Shown one piece after another: positions 21,432 through 29,346 of a DNA stretch of 32,000 nt. The notes under the pieces were generated by a model. It worked only from the letters and a program-made list of their open reading frames with translations. It was not told the DNA's origin and did not search any database. How positions within the stretch are numbered: the stretch's first letter is position 1; each line of letters begins with the position of its first letter. The stretch is from Fibrobacter succinogenes subsp. succinogenes S85 (GTDB lineage Bacteria; Fibrobacterota; Fibrobacteria; Fibrobacterales; Fibrobacteraceae). The stretch spans positions 1,110,001 through 1,142,000 of the forward strand of contig NC_017448.1 of assembly GCF_000146505.1 (NCBI RefSeq), read 5' to 3'. The translations under genes and the position numbers were made by a program.

Positions 21432-22262
21432 TCAATCACGTTTGCGGACTTCGGCGTAATTACAATACTCATAAAGCGGACACTTAGCACAATGCGATGT
21501 CAGTTCGCGGCAAATAAAGCCCTCGCTCCCGTTCTCCAAAAAGAACTGGAGGGAATGCGCCGCAAAATACGGGTTCTCCGGGGCAAGCGCGATAAAATAC
21601 TCATTCGCGAGTTTCTGTTTTATTGCAGGCTCAAGCTCTGCAAAGTTCGATTCCTTCGCAGGCCCAAGCATTGCAAGGAAGCGGCGAGCGCCCATCGTAA
21701 GCGGCAGGTGCGGCATCCTAGAATTGTCGCGGCACGTAAGTCCAAGGCCAAGCGGCTGCGGGGCAAGCAAGCGGTAAATCGCGGCACACGCTTTAGGGCG
21801 CGGATTTGAGCGGCCCATAAAGTAGATTTCGCCCAAGTCTCGCCACATTTCTTCGGGAGTGCGTTCACGAACCCAAGCGGTCAAATCCGGGTGATGGCGA
21901 ACAAAAAGCCCAACGCTCCAAAAAATTCCGGAGACATGTTCAAAGACTGTCCAGTTGCGGCTATTGAACGTCTGTTCCACGACCTCTTCAATTTCACCGC
22001 CTTTCGGCACAGGTAAGGACCAAAGTTTATCGCACGGGAAGCGCTCATGCAACTTCACGAGGAGGCGCAAGATATCGGGGTAAGAACGATCCTGAAACAA
22101 GACCGTTCCAAGCAACGTCCACGCAATTTGTTCATTCGCCGTGGGCATTTTTTGAGCAACATAAACTATGGGGTCAGCGCACTTGAAAAGAAGCGCTACA
22201 AAGGCTTTCGAAGCCTTGAATAGCGCTGGTTCATCGTGAATAAAACGCTTTACCGAGACCAA
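21432..22262 (-). CDS. Hypothetical protein with an endonuclease III-type C-X6-C-X2-C-X5-C iron-sulfur cluster loop at the C-terminus
   Basis: 276 aa. The C-terminus is FICRELTSHCAKCPLYEYCNYA, giving exactly the Nth/MutY [4Fe-4S] cysteine spacing. The rest of the protein is helical-looking but shows no clear HhH-GPD signature by eye. A TTG start directly abuts the psd stop, so the start is uncertain. Confidence 0.65.
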   Translation of the reverse strand: MVSVKRFIHDEPALFKASKAFVALLFKCADPIVYVAQKMPTANEQIAWTLLGTVLFQDRSYPDILRLLVKLHERFPCDKLWSLPVPKGGEIEEVVEQTFNSRNWTVFEHVSGIFWSVGLFVRHHPDLTAWVRERTPEEMWRDLGEIYFMGRSNPRPKACAAIYRLLAPQPLGLGLTCRDNSRMPHLPLTMGARRFLAMLGPAKESNFAELEPAIKQKLANEYFIALAPENPYFAAHSLQFFLENGSEGFICRELTSHCAKCPLYEYCNYAEVRKRD

Positions 22263-23120
22263 CTAGAGAGCCTCGCCCACCTTCACCGCCTGTCCAAGAC
22301 GAGACTTGAACAAGTCCGGATGGCGTTCGCGAATTTTCTTGTCAACCACGAGAATCACGGTGCTGCCCATTTCAAAGCGGCCAAGTTCATCGCCACGGTC
22401 AAAAGAGAACTGCTGATTCGGAATCCAGTCCAAGCGCTTTTTGTCGCGCGGGAGCTTGCCTGCATTCGTCAAGATGGAATCGTTATACACGACGCCAATG
22501 CGGCCAACGTTTGTCGCACCGACCTTGACCACGAGTACTTCGGAACCGTCCGCCAAGCGGAGTTCACTCGTCAAGCGTTCGTTGATGCTGAAAAGACCTT
22601 CGACACGTTCGACACTGCCTGGGTTGACCGGCCAAAGCGTACCCGGGCAATAGCTCGAAAGCACGAGGTCGCCCTTGACGGGGCTGTGGATGCGGTGGTA
22701 GTTGAACGGAGCCAAGTAAATCGTCGCAAAGGCGCCGCCCTTGAAACGTTCTGCAAGTTCTTCGCTACGCAAAAGACTCTTGAGCGTGTAAGTCTTGCCC
22801 TTCGCCTGGATCAAATTCTGGTCATCGCCATCGAACGTTCCCGTCTGCGAAAGCACGCCATCGACCGGGCTTACGATTTCGGCACCATCGGCAACAGGGC
22901 GCATACCCGGCTTGAGCTTGCGGATAAAAAGTTCACCGATGTTCTTGTAATGACTGAGCGGGTATTCCGATTCAGACATGTCGAGCTTGTAATAGCTAGC
23001 AAAGGCGTTGCGAGCGATTTTGCTCAGGAACGGGATGCGTAAACGCGTAAAGGCACCGAAAATGCGGCTTGCGGCATTCTTCGGCAAAAGCTTCATAAAA
23101 ACGTAGAAAGGAGTGTTCAT
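22263..23120 (-). CDS. psd: Phosphatidylserine decarboxylase proenzyme
   Basis: 285 aa. It contains YHRIHSP, GATNVGRI and the self-cleavage site FEMGSTVILV (the G-S-T motif). Confidence 0.93.
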   Translation of the reverse strand: MNTPFYVFMKLLPKNAASRIFGAFTRLRIPFLSKIARNAFASYYKLDMSESEYPLSHYKNIGELFIRKLKPGMRPVADGAEIVSPVDGVLSQTGTFDGDDQNLIQAKGKTYTLKSLLRSEELAERFKGGAFATIYLAPFNYHRIHSPVKGDLVLSSYCPGTLWPVNPGSVERVEGLFSINERLTSELRLADGSEVLVVKVGATNVGRIGVVYNDSILTNAGKLPRDKKRLDWIPNQQFSFDRGDELGRFEMGSTVILVVDKKIRERHPDLFKSRLGQAVKVGEAL

Positions 23121-23145
23121 GGTTGCAATTATAGATTTTTAGTCA

Positions 23146-23173
23146 AGAGACGAGAGACGAGAGACGAGAGAAG
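23146..23173. repeat. Tandem heptamer tract (AGAGACG) x3 plus agagaag
   Basis: The tract reads agagacg agagacg agagacg agagaag. It lies 26 nt upstream of the psd start codon and is the same unit family as 20401-20430. Confidence 0.95.
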
Positions 23174-23195
23174 TAGAGCCGTTCACTCGTCTAAA

Positions 23196-24032
23196 TCAAT
23201 GATTTTCAAAATGCGCAACGTCAGTGTTGAGCAGTTTCCAGAGTCTAGAGGCAAACGGCGTAGCCCATTCCTTTTCTGGCGCTACGCGGGTTGTCGTTGC
23301 AGCGGTGAATTTGGAGTAAGTGAGGGCAACAAGTTCACCGTAGCGGGCATCCCACATGCTCCACACGATTTGCCATGTAAAGCCTCCCTTCTTGCCTAAA
23401 TCCGGATCCATTTCCACATTCAGCACCAGCGGGATTGTCAAATAGCGAAGTTCATAGCGACTCGCTATTCCGTTCAGTAATTCTTTAAGTTTAAACGGCA
23501 ACTGGCGTGCAATTGTCTGTTCCACGCCATCGCGCTCTTCCCACGGAGTCACGTCATCCAAGCGTTTGCCTTCCACGAATTTTTCGGCAAGGAGCTTTAC
23601 AGACAAAGAATCAACGTAAGCGGAATCCGCATCGGGGACGCGCATGCCGACAATCATTAAGTCTCGTTGCATTTTCGGGAACGCTTTTGCAAACAAAGAA
23701 TCTTCAACGCGCGCCAAGTCAAAATCGAGAGCATCGGCGCTAAAGCTGTGGCACATTTTGCAATCTTCGGGGCGGGTCGCCGTCACCTTGAGCGCAGGGA
23801 AAACGCCTACAACAGCATTCGAATCGATACGGCTAAATGCGACCTGGTTCCATTCTCGGTAGAATTTTTCGTCCGTGATTTTCAGCACGATATCGCCTTG
23901 CGTGCCGCATTCCGTGCAAGGAGCGTCAGCCATGTCGCCACCTTCGGGAGCGCTATCGCGCGAACCTGCACAAGCAATGAAAAGCGTTAATGCAAACAAT
24001 AAAGCAATGAACGATGAACGATTTTTTTTCAT
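23196..24032 (-). CDS. Hypothetical lipoprotein with CxxC and CxxCH motifs
   Basis: MKKNRSSFIALLFALTLFIAC-AGS is a lipobox. The ATG at 24032 has a GGAG Shine-Dalgarno sequence 7 nt upstream, and the TTG at 24059 in the track is unlikely. CTEC and CKMCH motifs are present. I recognise no family. Confidence 0.75.
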   Translation of the reverse strand: MKKNRSSFIALLFALTLFIACAGSRDSAPEGGDMADAPCTECGTQGDIVLKITDEKFYREWNQVAFSRIDSNAVVGVFPALKVTATRPEDCKMCHSFSADALDFDLARVEDSLFAKAFPKMQRDLMIVGMRVPDADSAYVDSLSVKLLAEKFVEGKRLDDVTPWEERDGVEQTIARQLPFKLKELLNGIASRYELRYLTIPLVLNVEMDPDLGKKGGFTWQIVWSMWDARYGELVALTYSKFTAATTTRVAPEKEWATPFASRLWKLLNTDVAHFENH

Positions 24033-24059
24033 AAACAACTCCGCAGGAAAGCCCCGCAA

Positions 24060-24497
24060 TTACTCTAGCATTATAGTAAATGGGCCGTCGTTGACGAGGC
24101 TCACTTGCATATCGGCACCGAATTTTCCGGTTTCGACAATGGCAACTTCTTTTTTGCACTGTTCGATGATGTACTCGTACAGTTCATTGGCTAGCGTCGG
24201 GTTGCCAGCGCCATTAAATGTCGGGCGATTGCCCTTATTGCAATTGGCATACAACGTAAATTGAGAAACGAGCAAAAGCGAGCCGCCGACATCTTTGATG
24301 GAGAGGTTCGTCTTTCCGTTTTCGTCGGCAAAGATGCGGAGTGCAAGCATTTTCTTGATGAAGCGGTCGGCTATTTCGCGGGTATCGCCCTCGCCTACGC
24401 CAATCAGCACAAGAAATCCCTTGTTATCAATTTTACCGACAGTTTGACCTTCAATATCGACTTGAGCCTTAGTGACTCGCTGAATTAAAAATTTCAT
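24060..24497 (-). CDS. dtd: D-aminoacyl-tRNA deacylase
   Basis: 145 aa. MKFLIQRV..A.V...., LVLIGVGEGD, SQFTLYA and NRPTF... DMQVSLVNDGPFTIMLE are canonical Dtd blocks. Confidence 0.95.
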   Translation of the reverse strand: MKFLIQRVTKAQVDIEGQTVGKIDNKGFLVLIGVGEGDTREIADRFIKKMLALRIFADENGKTNLSIKDVGGSLLLVSQFTLYANCNKGNRPTFNGAGNPTLANELYEYIIEQCKKEVAIVETGKFGADMQVSLVNDGPFTIMLE

Positions 24498-24540
24498 TTT
24501 TAATTACTCTAGAAAATAATTGTTTTTTGAAACGCAAATA

Positions 24541-25518
24541 CTATGTATACATTTGATAGATTTTTTGAATTTCTGCGGGATCATTCGTGACGGTTAATGC
24601 AAGGCGCAAAAGCACGGCGACTTTTGCAGGAGGCAAATCGTAAGCAGCAATCGTTTCTGGCACAAGAAGCTGTTCCGGGACAATGCTACCGCGATTGATT
24701 CGCGTCGAAATCACGACGGGAATATTCTTTTCTGCAACAGCATCAGTAATCGCATCCGCCCATGCGCGAGAAAATTCACCGGCTCCCGCACCAGCAATGA
24801 TAAGCCCTGCCGAACGTTCCGCCGCAAAGCGTACGAGTTCGGCATCGGCATCGGCGTTAAAGTAAAGAACGGTAACGCGCGGCAATTCGCGCAAGTTCGA
24901 GATATCGAACGATTTTTTTGCATTTACGAGATGGCGATCCCGGAACGAAGTCCGGGATGACAATTCAGCAAACGCATCCAAATCATTCGCGTGAATTTTT
25001 TGCACCAAGCGAGCATCCATCAATTTACCTGCAAAAGCAACGTAAACGGTCGCATCATTTTTCGCGCTCATTTCCACAACACTTTTCACGGCAAAGAGGA
25101 GGTTTGCAGGGCCGTCAGGTTCCGCTGCAGTTGCGGGGCGCATTGAGCCGGTCATAATCACGGGCTTCGCGGCAATTTCGGCGGCACTTGGAGCAGAACC
25201 ACCTAGCGTCAAACTCAAGAATAAAGCGGTTTCTTCCATCGTATCAGTCCCGTGCATAATCACGATACCATCCACATCATCGCGCAGCAAGAGTTCCTGA
25301 ATCCGCTTCGCCAAAGCAATCCAGATTTCAGAAGTAACATCGTCCGAATTGATATTGCAAACTTGCTCCACGCAAATATTTGCCACATTTTTCAATTCCG
25401 GAATCGCATCAATCAGCGTTTGTGCCTTGATTGAGCCCGACTTGTACCCAATATTTTTACCTAGCTCGCCCGCGCCAGCAATTGTACCGCCCGTCGCGAG
25501 AATCACAATATTTTTCAT
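24541..25518 (-). CDS. L-asparaginase (no signal peptide; atypical interdomain segment)
   Basis: 325 aa. It contains ILATGGTIAG (nucleophile Thr loop) and HGTDTMEETA, followed by a C-terminal domain. The start overlaps the stop of the upstream gene by 4 nt (ATGA). Confidence 0.9.
   Translation of the reverse strand: MKNIVILATGGTIAGAGELGKNIGYKSGSIKAQTLIDAIPELKNVANICVEQVCNINSDDVTSEIWIALAKRIQELLLRDDVDGIVIMHGTDTMEETALFLSLTLGGSAPSAAEIAAKPVIMTGSMRPATAAEPDGPANLLFAVKSVVEMSAKNDATVYVAFAGKLMDARLVQKIHANDLDAFAELSSRTSFRDRHLVNAKKSFDISNLRELPRVTVLYFNADADAELVRFAAERSAGLIIAGAGAGEFSRAWADAITDAVAEKNIPVVISTRINRGSIVPEQLLVPETIAAYDLPPAKVAVLLRLALTVTNDPAEIQKIYQMYT
24938..24963. repeat. REP-like palindromic element copy lying inside the asparaginase ORF
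   Basis: tcccggaacgaagtccgggatgacaa matches 6328-6353 at 25 of 26 nt. The hairpin is cccgga/tccggg. It is translated in frame as LSSRTSFRD. Confidence 0.7.
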
Positions 25519-26531
25519 TTTACAGACTCCAACAAATCCCGTGCGGTCATTCCATAATGCTTTTTCAAAGCGCCATCCGTTCCGAGCTCATGCAAATCCT
25601 GCAAGCATTTTGCAAAATTGCGGAACGCATCCGCACCGCCGCCATCACGCCACAAAAGTTCTTGGACCATTCGCATCGCGAACCAATAAAGTTTTTTTGC
25701 CTTATCCGTATTTGGCTCATTCACAAACGGTTCCGTCAGCGATTTGAGACTCGGGTACGAACCAATCGGGCGTGGATCATCGTTGTGCGAACCGTCCACC
25801 ACCTGCGCAATACCTTCGTTCATCCAACAAGGGACATTCGCATGCGTCATCGCACGAACAAAGGAATGAGTCAATTCATGGAACAGCACCGGGCGATAAA
25901 CTTCGCGGTACGCCATCAAGTTCACTGGCACACGCAACTTGCCATCAAATACAGCGGCCACCCATTCCGGGCGAGTTCCCCCTTGATATTCCTTTTCCTG
26001 ATACAGCACAAGGCTCATCTTGTTTTCGGGCAAAAAGTCGAACAAATTACTAATTGAATCGTAAGCAACTTCCAAAACGGCAAGAGCTTCCATCACGTCT
26101 TTCTTGGATGGGCCACCATCAAATTCCAAGCGGAAATGCATGGACTTTTCAACGCCCAAATTTTCCATTTCCTGTTCCAGAGCTTTTGACTTTTTAACAA
26201 GGTAATCTAAATCCTGGTGCTTAAAATTCAACGTTTCAACGTAATTGATGCATTCCTTATAACGTTCCTGCTCAAAGAGAATGCCCGCCATGTGCATCTG
26301 CAAATTCGTATCGTTCGGTTCAGACTTTAAAAGTTCCCGGACGTTATTCTCGGCGCATTTCCAATCGCCTACACGGAGACACTCATTCGTTTCATGAATC
26401 ATGTCTTCATATCGAAAGCGTTCTTCAACTTTTTTTTCGTAATACTGGTACCCTACGAACATCAAAACATACATCAGCAAAAGGCCAACAACGCGTCTTT
26501 TCCAGTTACTTTTTTTCTGAGCCATATTCAT
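25515..26531 (-). CDS. Membrane-anchored putative zinc metallopeptidase (peptidase MA-like, HExxH) with a TPR-like N-terminal region
   Basis: 338 aa. N-terminal TM helix (VVGLLLMYVLMFVGY). HELTH motif (VLFHELTHSFV), followed by PCWMNEGIAQ, which matches the HE..H....W..EG.A pattern of Peptidase_MA_2-type proteins. Confidence 0.7.
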   Translation of the reverse strand: MNMAQKKSNWKRRVVGLLLMYVLMFVGYQYYEKKVEERFRYEDMIHETNECLRVGDWKCAENNVRELLKSEPNDTNLQMHMAGILFEQERYKECINYVETLNFKHQDLDYLVKKSKALEQEMENLGVEKSMHFRLEFDGGPSKKDVMEALAVLEVAYDSISNLFDFLPENKMSLVLYQEKEYQGGTRPEWVAAVFDGKLRVPVNLMAYREVYRPVLFHELTHSFVRAMTHANVPCWMNEGIAQVVDGSHNDDPRPIGSYPSLKSLTEPFVNEPNTDKAKKLYWFAMRMVQELLWRDGGGADAFRNFAKCLQDLHELGTDGALKKHYGMTARDLLESVK

Positions 26532-26655
26532 TCCACAAAAGAGTCCCTTACAATTCTAGTAATTTTCGCCCTTTTATCGCCCAAATACCTACTTACTAAT
26601 TACTCACATGAAGCCCTACCACAATTTTTAAAGTATATTTAGTATAGGTTTGGTT

Positions 26656-27486
26656 ATGGCAGAAATCTTTGATTACGATGACTACCGGGATATGATCAAG
26701 GATTATTACTTGGAGCATAAGAAACACAACTCCTTGTATTCCTTCAGCACTCTCGGCAAAACGCTTGGCTTGGATTCAAGTCATGCGTACTATATAGTTC
26801 AGAAAAAGCGCAATCTCCCCGTCCACGCAGTCCCCGCAGCAAAAAAAATGCTCGGACTTGATGGTCGCGGGGCCGCATACTTTGACTTGTTGATTGTCGC
26901 ATCGCGCACGAAGTCCGAAAAGACAAAAGCAGAAATTCTGCAAAAGGCATTCCAGCTCCGCGACGTGAAGCGCCACCTGCTCAAGGACAACGAGCTCAAG
27001 TATCTAAGCGCCTGGTGGACTATCGTCGTAAGAGCGCTCATCGAAGTGAAACACGGCAACGTGGACATCCCGGAAATCGCAAGTAGCGTGATTCCGCCCA
27101 TCACCGAAGAACAGGCGCAAGAAAGCATTGAGATTTTGAAGTCGCTCGGCTTTATCCAGCCGATCAACAACAACAGCAAAGTCCGCCTCGCCGACCCGCA
27201 CATCACGGTTCAAGGCGCCGAAAAGGCCGAAGCCATCCGCAGTTTCCATTCGAAGGTCATGCAGTTTGGCATCCGCTCGCTCAATGAAATTCCGCCAGAA
27301 AACCGAGACATTTCGACCATCACCATGGCGGTTGACTCCAAGGGCTTTGAAGACCTCAAGAAGATGCTCAAGGAATTCCGCAAAGAAATCCAAATTCGCG
27401 TCGATAAGTGCATTGTCCCCGATCGCGTTATGCAGTTGAACCTCGCTTTATTCCCCGTCGCACTCAATAAGAAGAAGGAAAAATAA
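26656..27486 (+). CDS. TIGR02147/DUF4423-like protein (family of unknown function expanded in Fibrobacter; putative HTH N-terminus)
   Basis: 276 aa from the ATG at 26656. The N-terminus is FDYDDYRDMIKDYYLEHKKHNSLYSFSTLGKTLGLDSSHAYYIVQKKRNLP....AKKMLGLDGRGAAYFDLLI. This fits my recollection of the family signature (Y.DYR.FL.DYY...K.....S.R.F....G..S...L..V..GKRNL). The call is made from memory, not from a search. Confidence 0.7.
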   Translation: MAEIFDYDDYRDMIKDYYLEHKKHNSLYSFSTLGKTLGLDSSHAYYIVQKKRNLPVHAVPAAKKMLGLDGRGAAYFDLLIVASRTKSEKTKAEILQKAFQLRDVKRHLLKDNELKYLSAWWTIVVRALIEVKHGNVDIPEIASSVIPPITEEQAQESIEILKSLGFIQPINNNSKVRLADPHITVQGAEKAEAIRSFHSKVMQFGIRSLNEIPPENRDISTITMAVDSKGFEDLKKMLKEFRKEIQIRVDKCIVPDRVMQLNLALFPVALNKKKEK

Positions 27487-27487
27487 A

Positions 27488-29023
27488 ATGAAAAATTTTA
27501 ACAAGCTTCTTTATTTGGTACCCTTTGGTCTCCTCGCTGCCTGCACAGCAAGCAACGACACGGCAGGGAATACGACGGAAATTGAAAATGCCATCGCCAT
27601 CCGTGTTTTTGACGACGGTATGCCGGCAGCCAACGTGCGCTACCAGGTACTCCCGTCTTGGTATGTAGCCGACACCACCGAAACCGGTGCAGTGAACTAC
27701 ACTTACGAAGGCAAGACCGACACGAACGGTTGGGTACACATTGATGGCCACCAGAACGGTTCTTATACCATCAACTTTACCAAGGGCGATTCTTCTATCG
27801 TCTTGCAGTACACGCTCAACAACCTGAACCACGAATACACGCTCGACAGCGCTTCGCTCGAAGCGGTCGGCACGGTCAAGGGTCTTGTTGATTTGCCGGA
27901 CTCCGCCAACTACGCCTGGGTCGCCGTTCAGGGCGTGAACACCATTGTCAAGACCGATACGCTCGGACAGTTCGTCATCCAGAAGGCTCCGTGCGGAAAC
28001 GTCACCGTGAGCGCATGGGATTCCGAAGACCTCAGCTCCATTGGCGGAACATCCGCAGTTGTGACCTCGAACGACACAATTGACCTCGGCCTCATCGAGA
28101 ACCCGAACAAGGTCGTTCCCGAGAACGCCATCCGCTTTATGCCTTCCGACTTGATTTCGGACTGGATGCGCCCGCTCAGCTTCCCGACTGTACTCGTCCT
28201 GCGCCTGACTGAAGAGAACTTCGACTTCTCGAAGGCCGAAAAGGACGGAAGCGACATCCGCCTCTACGACGGAGGCAACAACCTCATCCCGTTTGAAATA
28301 GACGGCTGGGACACGAGCATCAACAGCGCCACGCTCAACATCCGCGTCGAAAGCGCCGCCGATACAGTCAGGCCGTGGATGCTCATGTGGGGCGACAAGA
28401 AGGCCAAGAAGATTGAAGATGTCAAAGTTTGGGATGGCCTCAGCGATTCTCTCGTGAAGGCACTCAACAGCGTCGAGGTTTTGAATTTCGAAGCAGGCAC
28501 CGACTTAAACGCACTGCCCGCGCCACTTAACTACAACTGGTACGTACAACCGCACGATAGTGCAACGGTCAAGAACAACCTTGACCAGAAGCCGACCAAC
28601 GGCATCGAAAAGGCTGACAGCACCATCTTCGGCAAGAACATGCTGCATGTGCAGTACCAGGCGAACAAGCTCGGACGCTACGTTGTCATCGGGACGCGCA
28701 TAGCCGCGCACCAGCACGACTTGAGCAGACTCGACTCCGTGGAAGTTTGGCTCAAGGGCAGCGGGGATTTCGAAGTATTCCTCGAGACGATTGTAGAATC
28801 CGATACAAACTACAAGACCTCGTATAAAGGAAGTGTCAACGAAGAATGGACTCGTGTCGCCATCAAGCCATCCGATTTCACAAATCCGGACAAAAAAAGC
28901 TACCACGGCTGGGACGTGACACGCAACAAGATTACGCGCTTTACCATCTTTGTGTACAACGGCACGGATATCTGGATTGATAACGTCAGAATGTACGGGA
29001 TCAATTTAGACGACTTGCTGTAA
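27488..29023 (+). CDS. Surface lipoprotein: two CarboxypepD_reg-like domains, a DUF2341-like domain and a C-terminal CBM/CIA30-like beta-sandwich
   Basis: Lipobox LLAAC-TASND, with an AGGA Shine-Dalgarno sequence inside the end of the upstream gene. The ATG lies 1 nt after the upstream stop. FDFSKAEKDGSDIRLYDGGNNLIPFEIDGWDT...ATLNIRV matches the DUF2341 pattern. The C-terminus (VEVWLKGSGDFEVFLE...WTRVAIKPSDF...ITRFTIFVYNGTDIWIDNVRMYG) is CBM-like. Confidence 0.8.
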   Translation: MKNFNKLLYLVPFGLLAACTASNDTAGNTTEIENAIAIRVFDDGMPAANVRYQVLPSWYVADTTETGAVNYTYEGKTDTNGWVHIDGHQNGSYTINFTKGDSSIVLQYTLNNLNHEYTLDSASLEAVGTVKGLVDLPDSANYAWVAVQGVNTIVKTDTLGQFVIQKAPCGNVTVSAWDSEDLSSIGGTSAVVTSNDTIDLGLIENPNKVVPENAIRFMPSDLISDWMRPLSFPTVLVLRLTEENFDFSKAEKDGSDIRLYDGGNNLIPFEIDGWDTSINSATLNIRVESAADTVRPWMLMWGDKKAKKIEDVKVWDGLSDSLVKALNSVEVLNFEAGTDLNALPAPLNYNWYVQPHDSATVKNNLDQKPTNGIEKADSTIFGKNMLHVQYQANKLGRYVVIGTRIAAHQHDLSRLDSVEVWLKGSGDFEVFLETIVESDTNYKTSYKGSVNEEWTRVAIKPSDFTNPDKKSYHGWDVTRNKITRFTIFVYNGTDIWIDNVRMYGINLDDLL

Positions 29024-29049
29024 ATAGCATTCACCAAGGCAATTAAAAA

Positions 29050-29066
29050 GCCCCCTCAAAGGGGGC
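29050..29066. terminator. GC hairpin downstream of the lipoprotein gene
   Basis: The sequence is aaaaa-gccccc-tcaaa-gggggc-aaaaaaa. The T-run is only on the minus strand, so as a + strand terminator it is atypical. Confidence 0.4.
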
Positions 29067-29099
29067 AAAAAAAGGCCGTTTGGGATTGGAAACTCTGTT

Positions 29100-29247
29100 C
29101 GGTCAAGGTCACTACGTTTTGTATCATGAAGAATAGTGATCCGAGTCTCCATCCGATACAGAAGCACCAATTCTCCAACACTAATTGATGCCTTTGAATC
29201 CAATCCCAAATCGGCAGTTTTAGGATACCCGTAAATTATCTTTATTT
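29100..29247 (-). pseudogene. Possible remnant of a ParE/RelE-family toxin gene (C-terminal two-thirds only)
   Basis: The minus frame reads IKIIYGYPKTADLGLDSKASISVGELVLLYRMETRITILHDTKRSDLDRTEF. The segment VG..VLLYR.E...I.ILH...R.D resembles the ParE C-terminal pattern (vG.Y.ifYrv....I.I.ri.H.r.D). There is no start codon or N-terminal part, since an in-frame TAA lies near 29248. No antitoxin ORF is seen. Confidence 0.3.
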
Positions 29248-29346
29248 AAGGCCTTTATCTCAAAAGGCCTTTTTTCATCCGTTGACAAAATGTCAAATAA
29301 TTGGCAATAGCGCCCGTATGGGCGAATCAGATAATAAACATTTACA

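Noticed and set aside
29127-29189. A 20-aa + strand sORF (MKNSDPSLHPIQKHQFSNTN) lies within the inverted-repeat segment.
   Set aside because: It has no Shine-Dalgarno sequence and no recognisable peptide family, and it overlaps the ParE-like remnant on the other strand. The evidence is insufficient.
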